64,000 nucleotides of DNA from an uncultured candidate division Zixibacteria bacterium. GTDB taxonomy: Bacteria > Zixibacteria > MSB-5A5 > GN15 > FEB-12. The stretch lies in NCBI GenBank assembly GCA_963664195.1, contig OY760907.1:3008001-3072000 (forward strand), in the 5' to 3' direction. A program made the translations under genes and the position numbers. Positions 9,799 to 16,906 of this stretch are shown here, in pieces. Under the pieces are notes generated by a model. The model did no database searches and was not told where the DNA came from. It saw only the letters and a list, made by a program, of their open reading frames with translations. How positions within the stretch are numbered: the first letter of the stretch is position 1; the number at the start of each line of letters is the position of its first letter.

Positions 9799-9826
9799 TG
9801 AACAAGAACACGGTCACACGCGTCTA
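9799..9826 (+). promoter_or_regulatory. ECF-sigma-like promoter of the second tonB
   Basis: TGAAC-N17-CGTCTA. Confidence 0.5.
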
Positions 9827-9981
9827 TATATATACGGGGACCTGAGCAAAATGACACGCATCTCGCCGGACTGATAATCGACGACTAGCACCAACGGAAT
9901 AAGAGGACCTGCCTGCCCGGATACGTTCGAATCGGTGCACGGGTAAGCCAACTTCTAACCTCCGTCCGAAGGGAGGCCGTT

Positions 9982-10749
9982 ATGTCTCTTACTAATTCAC
10001 CCTGTTACACACCGTACGGCGCGTACGAACTCAAAGCCACGTATCAACGTAACCTAACTCTCGGCACGGTCATTGTGACCTTTTCCGTGTTTCTGCTCGT
10101 GTCCGGCGGCTGGCTGTTCTCATCGACCGCGGTCACCGGAGGCATAGTCGATAGTGATCCCAGGACACGAGACACAGTGTTGATCGTGGTCGACCTGCCC
10201 ACTCCGATTACCATAACACGTGCGGAGCCGGACATTACCGTCGGAACGCAGCCCGCCGCGCCGATAGAAGGTGTGGTCAGCGACCTTGTGCCAGTCGCCG
10301 ATGAACTGGTGATCGAAGAGAACGTCATGGCGACTCAGGAGGAGATTAGCAATCTAATCGACGGTCAGGGGGGCGGTTTGGTCGATCCGGAGGGAACTGG
10401 GGTGTCCGGCAGATTAGACTTCGACGGTGCGGTTGTCGAGGAAATCGACTATCCGGATCCCAACGCATTCATCGCTGTCGATCAAGCGGCAGAGATGGTC
10501 CACCACGAGAAGCCGACCTACCCGCGACTGGCGCAACAGGCCGGACTCGAGGGCGACGTCTGGATCAAGGCGCTGGTTGACACCGACGGCACAACTCTGA
10601 AGGCGCTGGTGCTGGTGTCGTCCGGGACTTCGCAGTTGGACGAGGCTGCAGTTGAGGCGGCTTACAAGAACAGATACAAACCGGCTATCAAGGGGGGGGA
10701 GCCGGTGATGATGTGGGTCAGCTACAAAGTCGTATTTGAATTGGATTAA
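9982..10749 (+). CDS. tonB: TonB paralogue
   Basis: YTPYGAYELK motif, TM helix, PTYPRLAQQAGLEG...YKPAIKGG; clearly homologous to 8806-9546. Confidence 0.88.
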   Translation: MSLTNSPCYTPYGAYELKATYQRNLTLGTVIVTFSVFLLVSGGWLFSSTAVTGGIVDSDPRTRDTVLIVVDLPTPITITRAEPDITVGTQPAAPIEGVVSDLVPVADELVIEENVMATQEEISNLIDGQGGGLVDPEGTGVSGRLDFDGAVVEEIDYPDPNAFIAVDQAAEMVHHEKPTYPRLAQQAGLEGDVWIKALVDTDGTTLKALVLVSSGTSQLDEAAVEAAYKNRYKPAIKGGEPVMMWVSYKVVFELD

Positions 10750-10804
10750 GGAAGATCCTCTTTGCTCTCTTCGCGAACGGATGCAAAGGGTATCGCATCC
10801 GTTC

Positions 10805-10837
10805 AGAACGCCCCTTTATCGGGGCGTTCTTTTTTTC
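10805..10837 (+). terminator. Rho-independent terminator, preceded by a second hairpin at about 10775-10804
   Basis: AGAACGCCCC-tttatc-GGGGCGTTCT followed by a T run. Confidence 0.85.
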
Positions 10838-10868
10838 TATCAAAATCAGTCTCAAATACGTTTTGCTA

Positions 10869-10897
10869 TTGACAGGGGCACAAATGTGCAGTATTAT
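10869..10897 (+). promoter_or_regulatory. Sigma70 promoter with a palindromic operator in the spacer
   Basis: TTGACA-N17-TATTAT; GCAC-AAAT-GTGC at 10878-10889. Confidence 0.75.
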
Positions 10898-10945
10898 TGA
10901 TTTATGACGATAAGAGTACTGAGAGACAAGAGAGGAGACAAGGAC

Positions 10946-11245
10946 ATGGAACTGTCAAATATCGTCTTACACGTTGTGCCGCAGTCGGATACTGCGCAGA
11001 TGCCGGGTCCGTCGACGTTTGTCCCGGTGGCGCTGATACCGTCGGTCGAGGTGCCCCAGGCGTATGCTGATGCTGCGGATTGGAGTTCTGACTACACGTC
11101 GTCGCTCACCTACTGGGGGGGACATGAAAGTGAAGACTACGCCTATCACAATGCGGCGACCTGTCCTGATTGTGGTGGCGGGATGATTCGCCAGGGACGG
11201 TGTTGCGTGTGTCCGTCGTGCGGTTTCGAGAGTTGTCTGGTCTGA
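10946..11245 (+). CDS. Small protein with a C-terminal zinc ribbon
   Basis: CPDCGG...CCVCPSCGFESC; SD (GGAG/AAGG) before ATG 10946; alternative start 10904. Confidence 0.7.
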   Translation: MELSNIVLHVVPQSDTAQMPGPSTFVPVALIPSVEVPQAYADAADWSSDYTSSLTYWGGHESEDYAYHNAATCPDCGGGMIRQGRCCVCPSCGFESCLV

Positions 11246-11278
11246 TTACGTCCTGAGACGGGGCGGGGAGAATCGTAA

Positions 11279-13975
11279 ATGCGTTTAGGTGATTTGCAGA
11301 GATACGGGTTTTCATCGACTATGCTTGAATTGTGGCGTCAGAGACAGGGGGAGGCATTATTGCCGGTGCAGCGTCGGGCAGTATCGGCCGGATTACTTGG
11401 CGATGCCTCGAGCGGTTCGGTGCCGAAGAGTATGATTGTCTCTGCGCCGACCTCGTCCGGCAAGTCTTTCTGTGCCGAGTTGGCCGCTGTGAAGGCTCTG
11501 ACGGCTCGTAAGCGGGTAGTAATGCTGTTTCCTCTGAAATCACTGGCCTCGGAGAAGTATCGTCTGTTTGAGCGCACCTACGCCGATTATGGTATCAAAA
11601 CGCTCATCGTAACCGGCGATCATCCTGAAAACGACCGCGCGTTTCTTGCGGGTGACTATCAGCTTGCGATCGTTATATACGAGAAATTCGATCTGTTGCT
11701 CACGCGCAATTTCGATCTCCTGAGCAATATCGGGCTGGTTGTTATCGACGAGATCCAGATGATCAGCGAACCGGGACGGGGAGCCGTTCTGGAGCGCATG
11801 CTGACGCGTATTTTGGCTTCGAGCTACCGACCGTTGCTGCTGGCGTTGTCGGCGGCGCTGAGTGACCGTGATGTCGCCCCGTTGGCTGAGTGGATGCAGG
11901 CGACGCTGGTGGAGGAAACGGAGCGTCCGTGTGATCTGATTCGAGGCGTCGTGGCCGACGGTCAGTTTCGGTTCCGGTCGTACAACGGGGGAGAGGACGG
12001 TCAGGAGCCGTTTACGGTTGTCGGCAATGAAGCAGGCGGTCGTTCGTATGATGACTCTGAGTCGTTTGACGACGGTGTATTGGCGTCGTTTATCGAGCGG
12101 ATCAAAAAGGACGATGGTTGTACGCTGGTGTTTCTCAAGTCTCGTGCGGATGCGATGAATCTTGCGATGCGGCTGGCGACCTCGGTGAATTGGCCCCCGG
12201 CAACCGAAGCGCTTGAGCAGTTGGCTGGAGACGAACCGTCGTTTTTGAACCGGTCCCTCACGCGAGTGTTGTCGCACGGGGTGGCGTTTCATAGCGCGGA
12301 TCTGTCGGCTTATCAGCGGAGTGTTGTTGAGCAAGCGTTTATTGATGGGGAAGTTAAGGCGTTGTGTTCAACTACTACTTTAGCACTTGGCGTGAACCTT
12401 CCGGCCGACACGGTTTACCTTGAGACGGTCAAATACACCAGCGGCGCATACACCTCACGGCCTGAGTTATCACCGATCAGTCGAGCGGAATTCGACAATA
12501 TGACAGGTCGGGCGGGACGGCTTGGGATGGGGAATGGCTGTTCCGGCAGAGCTATCGTGATGGCCGATTCAGTTTTCGACCAGGAGATTCTCTGGGATCG
12601 GTATATCTCGCCTTCAGACAAACGACCGATCAGGTCGGCATTCGGGAGTTTGCCGCTGGAAGATTGGTTTTTGCAGCTTGTAGCGTCCGGTCTGGCGTCC
12701 TCGGAGGACGATCTCGAACGATTGACAAAAAGCACGCTCTGCGCTCACCTTGGCGGCGAGGCTGATCTCTGTCCCGACAATGCCCTGACGGAGCTTCGCA
12801 GCCACGGGTTGATTGCTATTGATGCCGTTGTTGTGACTCCGACGGGCATGTCTGTGGCTACGTCCGGTCTGGCTGTCCGTGCTTCCTGTCATTATTTGCG
12901 GAAACTGGAAGAGAGTATGCCGGAGAGTCGGTTTGGCTGGATCTGTTTGGCGTTGAGTTCGTCCGGGTGGTCGCTGCCGTCATCGGTGTTGAGCTGGTAT
13001 GAGCAGACGAATAATCTCCCGGTTCGGATGCTCTATCAGCGGTTTGATCATTCGGTGGAAGATGCCTGTCATTTGTTGCCGGAGGATCATCGGCGAGCGC
13101 CGCTGACTCGTCGGACCGCTGCCGCCCTGAAGTCGGCGCTACTGTTGGATGACTGGTGCAGTTTGACGCCGGTCCAGGAGATCGAAGAGCGTTACCGGAT
13201 GCATCTTGGTCAGATTCAGTCGTTGGGGGAGACTGCGGCGCATCTGATCCGTTCCCTGTCGGGTCTGGTACATGCGATTGACAGGGAGGCGCAGGTGGGA
13301 GGTTTGCTGGCGGATCATGCTTTTTCTCTCCGGGCTGGATTGCCGGCCTCTTTCCGGTCTCTGTATCGCAGGTTTGGCCGGTTGTTAGGAAGACATGATT
13401 TTGCCGCAATCAGAAACGCCGGGATAGAGTGTCTCGAAGAGTTTCTTGAGGTGCCGGCGGAGGAATTGGAGAGGTTGATAGTGGGTGGGGATAAGTATGG
13501 CAAAGTAATAGCATTACGAGATAATGTTAAAGAGGAGGTTGATATGCAGGTGTCCACTGTTGACAATCAGATTATGCCCAGTGCAAGGCCGCGGTCAATT
13601 GAGATCGACGGCAGTTTGGAGTCGGATCGTTATCTGATTCGTATCGATGGCTTCAACGTGAGGTTGACCGGCAAATCGTTCAAGTATCTCAGCAAACTGG
13701 CCTGGTCCCGGTTGAACGGTGAGGCCGGCTGGATTTATAAAGAGGATATCGAGGTCGGGTTCAATCAGGCCCGTTATCTGTATCGGATGAAGAACGAGAT
13801 CAATGCCGGGTTTTCTTCGTCGTGGCCTATCATCGAAAATAACCGGTCCGGCTATTATCGATTGAACATTGAGCCGGATAAGATTCGTATAAATCTCGAT
13901 AACTTGAAGAATCATCCGGATTTCGAACTCCGGAGCCTGTTTTCGGCGCAAACAGAGGGTCGGGCGGTCAATTGA
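11279..13975 (+). CDS. Ski2/Hel308-like SF2 helicase with an added C-terminal winged-helix-like domain
   Basis: Q motif LPVQ, APTSSGKS, FPLKSLASEK, DEIQ, LSAA, GVAFH, STTTLALGVNLPA, NMTGRAGR. Confidence 0.88.
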   Translation: MRLGDLQRYGFSSTMLELWRQRQGEALLPVQRRAVSAGLLGDASSGSVPKSMIVSAPTSSGKSFCAELAAVKALTARKRVVMLFPLKSLASEKYRLFERTYADYGIKTLIVTGDHPENDRAFLAGDYQLAIVIYEKFDLLLTRNFDLLSNIGLVVIDEIQMISEPGRGAVLERMLTRILASSYRPLLLALSAALSDRDVAPLAEWMQATLVEETERPCDLIRGVVADGQFRFRSYNGGEDGQEPFTVVGNEAGGRSYDDSESFDDGVLASFIERIKKDDGCTLVFLKSRADAMNLAMRLATSVNWPPATEALEQLAGDEPSFLNRSLTRVLSHGVAFHSADLSAYQRSVVEQAFIDGEVKALCSTTTLALGVNLPADTVYLETVKYTSGAYTSRPELSPISRAEFDNMTGRAGRLGMGNGCSGRAIVMADSVFDQEILWDRYISPSDKRPIRSAFGSLPLEDWFLQLVASGLASSEDDLERLTKSTLCAHLGGEADLCPDNALTELRSHGLIAIDAVVVTPTGMSVATSGLAVRASCHYLRKLEESMPESRFGWICLALSSSGWSLPSSVLSWYEQTNNLPVRMLYQRFDHSVEDACHLLPEDHRRAPLTRRTAAALKSALLLDDWCSLTPVQEIEERYRMHLGQIQSLGETAAHLIRSLSGLVHAIDREAQVGGLLADHAFSLRAGLPASFRSLYRRFGRLLGRHDFAAIRNAGIECLEEFLEVPAEELERLIVGGDKYGKVIALRDNVKEEVDMQVSTVDNQIMPSARPRSIEIDGSLESDRYLIRIDGFNVRLTGKSFKYLSKLAWSRLNGEAGWIYKEDIEVGFNQARYLYRMKNEINAGFSSSWPIIENNRSGYYRLNIEPDKIRINLDNLKNHPDFELRSLFSAQTEGRAVN

Positions 13976-14092
13976 TCTGCCCGGCGACAGGCTCGTCCGA
14001 TTGGCTGTTGTCCTCTTAGAGGTTGACAGGCGGACGGATTCTCAGGTACTTGCTCTTGAAAATGGTGCTGATGGCCGATAGTAACTAAGATT

Positions 14093-16582
14093 ATGATAAT
14101 AAAGAGCAAGACACCTCTGCCAGTCGTAGCGACTGATCGCGAGATCGCCTACCCGGTCCTCGCGCTCATGACCGGGGTTCTGTTCCCCGGTACCATGCTC
14201 ACCATTCAGGTGGGTCGACGCGAGAACCTCGCGCTGCTCGAAAGCTCCTTTGCCAACGGCAGCGAGTTTGTTGCGTCGTATTCCCATGCCGTTGAGGGTG
14301 AAGGGGAGACTACTGTTCATCAGGCCGGAGTATTCGCGATCGTCTGTGATGTTCGCGATGGTGTTGGCGGCTCCAAAGTCGTCACGCTGGAGGGACTCCG
14401 CAGGGCATCGTTGGTGAGAATCACGGCCACGGAGCCTTATCTGACCGCCGTTGCGGAAGCTGTGGACTCGCTCCCGTCCTCCGACAGAGTTGTACAGGAG
14501 AAAGCCACGGCCGTCATTTCTATAGTTGGCGAGATCACACAGCTTGATCCGGTCTACTCTCCGGAAATGTCGAACGTTCTCAAAATGAACGTTGAGGACC
14601 ATTCGCTTCTGGCGGATCATGTGTCAGCGACATTCCGTTTTCCGCTGGCCTCAAAGCAGGAGCTGTTGGAGGCGGTTTCTTTGGAGGAACGCTACTCCAA
14701 ACTGTTGTACTACCTCAATGCAGAATTGAGTCGCGCGGCCACGGTCTTGAGTATCAATGAGAAAGTCCGACGCCGGGTTCAAAACGAACAACAAAACACG
14801 TTTCTGAGGCAGCAGCTCCATGAAATCCGCAAGCAACTCGGGGAGGATTTCAGCGAGGAGAAGGAGGCTGCCCGTTGGCGCAGCCAGATCAAGAGTATGC
14901 CGGAATTGCCCCAGGAGGCAGTTGATCGGGCGAGAATCGAGATTGACCGCCTGGTGCAGCTATCCTCGGCCTCTGCTGAGTATGGCGTAACAAAGAGTTA
15001 TCTTGACTGGCTTCTGAATCTTCCCTGGCGAAAGAACTCGAAAGAAGACTATCAGATTCCGGAGGTTGAGAAGATTCTGTCCTCGGAATACTACGGTCCT
15101 TCCCATCTCAAAGAACAGATTCTTCAGAGGCTGTCGATCCGCAAACTGCTCGGAGGCAATGACCGCGGTCCGACGCTCTGCCTTGTTGGCTCCCCCGGTA
15201 CCGGAAAAGCCTCGCTGGCCAAGGCCATTGCAAAAGCGTTGGGCAAGCAAATGGTACGGATTTCCGTCGGTGGCATCACGGACATTTCCGAAATCAAGGG
15301 CAACCCTCGCACCTATCTTGGGGCGTACCCGGGGAAAATAGTCCGGACGCTTCGCGATGCCGGGGTAAGTGATCCCCTGGTGCTGCTTGAGGATATTGAC
15401 TACTTCAATGTCGAGAACGACTCCTCGGTGAATATGGCCCTGCTCGAGGCAATTGACTCGCGTTACAATGACAAGTTTTTCGATCAGTATATTGGCGTGC
15501 CGTTTGATCTGAGCAAAGTGTTTTTCATCTGCTCGGTCCGTTCCTATGAAGAGATCCCGGAGCAGTTCGTCCCGCGCCTCGAGATTATCGAGTTACCAGG
15601 ATATATCGAACGGGAGAAGATCGTCATTGCCAAGCGATATATCATTCCAAGCATGCTCAAAATGCACGGTCTGGTGAAGTCTGAATTCAAGATGAACGAC
15701 AAGGTACTGGCCAAAATCATCTCCTCCTATACGCAGGAGGCCGGTCTGCTGGGATTCTCGCAGCAGATCGAGAAGATACTCCGCAAGATAGCACTTGAGA
15801 AGGCAGAAAAGCGTAAAGAGAATTGGGTCGTCACCGAGCAGAATCTGGAATCGTACCTTGGAACGTCACTTTTCATACCTGAGAAGGCCGAGACTTTGTC
15901 AGAAATCGGCATAGCGGCCGGACTGGCCTGGACCGGTGCCGGCGGTGAGTTGATGTTTATCGAAGGTCTGAAGATGAAAGGGGAGGGGCAGATCATCACA
16001 ACCGGGTCGCTGGGAGAGGTGATGCGGGAGTCCATTCAGGCGGCCCACTCATACGTGCGATCCAAGGCGGACGTTCTTGGAATCGACTTCAACGATTTCA
16101 ACGACTTCGACATCCACATCCATTTTCCTTCGGGTGCTATTCCGAAAGATGGTCCTTCGGCAGGCATAACGGTCTCGCTGGTAATAGCTTCGGTTATGTC
16201 CGAACGTCCGATCCGACATGATTTGGCCATGACCGGTGAAGTTACTCTTCGTGGCAAAGTGCTGGCGGTGGGAGGCATCAAGGAGAAGATCGCGGCGGCC
16301 TACCGGGCGGGTATTCGTGGTGTATGTCTGCCAAAAGAGAATGAGAAGGACCTCAAGGATCTTCCCAAGGAGATTCTGCGGAGGACGAAATTCCATTTCA
16401 TTGAGCGAGTCGACGATCTCTTTGAGCTGTGTCTGCGCGACTTCAAACCCTCCACGTTCACGCTCGAGAAGGTGTTCGCCGAGGAAATTGAGAAAGTGCG
16501 TAACAAGCAGGAGAAGCCGCAGGAAGGGTCGAAACCTGTCAAACCTCGCGCCGCGCGCAAGACCACCAGCAAGAAAAAGTAG
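14093..16582 (+). CDS. lon: Lon (S16) protease with degenerate AAA+ motifs
   Basis: LON N-domain, AAA+ fold, HIHFPSGAIPKDGPSAG and GGIKEK catalytic dyad. Confidence 0.92.
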   Translation: MIIKSKTPLPVVATDREIAYPVLALMTGVLFPGTMLTIQVGRRENLALLESSFANGSEFVASYSHAVEGEGETTVHQAGVFAIVCDVRDGVGGSKVVTLEGLRRASLVRITATEPYLTAVAEAVDSLPSSDRVVQEKATAVISIVGEITQLDPVYSPEMSNVLKMNVEDHSLLADHVSATFRFPLASKQELLEAVSLEERYSKLLYYLNAELSRAATVLSINEKVRRRVQNEQQNTFLRQQLHEIRKQLGEDFSEEKEAARWRSQIKSMPELPQEAVDRARIEIDRLVQLSSASAEYGVTKSYLDWLLNLPWRKNSKEDYQIPEVEKILSSEYYGPSHLKEQILQRLSIRKLLGGNDRGPTLCLVGSPGTGKASLAKAIAKALGKQMVRISVGGITDISEIKGNPRTYLGAYPGKIVRTLRDAGVSDPLVLLEDIDYFNVENDSSVNMALLEAIDSRYNDKFFDQYIGVPFDLSKVFFICSVRSYEEIPEQFVPRLEIIELPGYIEREKIVIAKRYIIPSMLKMHGLVKSEFKMNDKVLAKIISSYTQEAGLLGFSQQIEKILRKIALEKAEKRKENWVVTEQNLESYLGTSLFIPEKAETLSEIGIAAGLAWTGAGGELMFIEGLKMKGEGQIITTGSLGEVMRESIQAAHSYVRSKADVLGIDFNDFNDFDIHIHFPSGAIPKDGPSAGITVSLVIASVMSERPIRHDLAMTGEVTLRGKVLAVGGIKEKIAAAYRAGIRGVCLPKENEKDLKDLPKEILRRTKFHFIERVDDLFELCLRDFKPSTFTLEKVFAEEIEKVRNKQEKPQEGSKPVKPRAARKTTSKKK

Positions 16583-16634
16583 CTCCCCGTTTCTACAATT
16601 CAGGGGCTAAGCCACACACTAATCTCCTTTTAAC

Positions 16635-16664
16635 TTGACAGATTTGCTGTCCGGCGACTATATT
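16635..16664 (+). promoter_or_regulatory. Sigma70 promoter
   Basis: TTGACA-N18-TATATT. Confidence 0.55.
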
Positions 16665-16906
16665 GATGCTGATATTAGGTGGTCGGCGCGTGGGGTGCCA
16701 ATCTACCAGCTTCTTGAGTACTGCAGCCAGTACGCGACAACAGCATGAGCAAGTGAACGTGTAATCTGCGACGACTCTCTGAATTCCTCGCCGAAATGAC
16801 GCGTGCTTGCGGCAGGACGCCTGAAGTGTACGTCGGACATACCTTTCCAGTCCTGTATTGGATAACGATACGAATGTCTACGAACGATAAAGCCAGGAGG
16901 CGTGTG

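Noticed and set aside
9830..9915. Cobalamin riboswitch upstream of the second tonB (GAGGACCTGCC resembles the B12 box)
   Set aside because: The other core elements (GGGAA, GGTG..AA.TCC, ACTGT) are absent
10921..10945. Short GAGACAAG tandem repeat
   Set aside because: Only two copies, within a purine-rich SD region; not an array
11279..13975. Hachiman (HamAB) defence system
   Set aside because: No HamA/DUF1837-sized nuclease gene is adjacent; the partner is a 100-aa Zn ribbon
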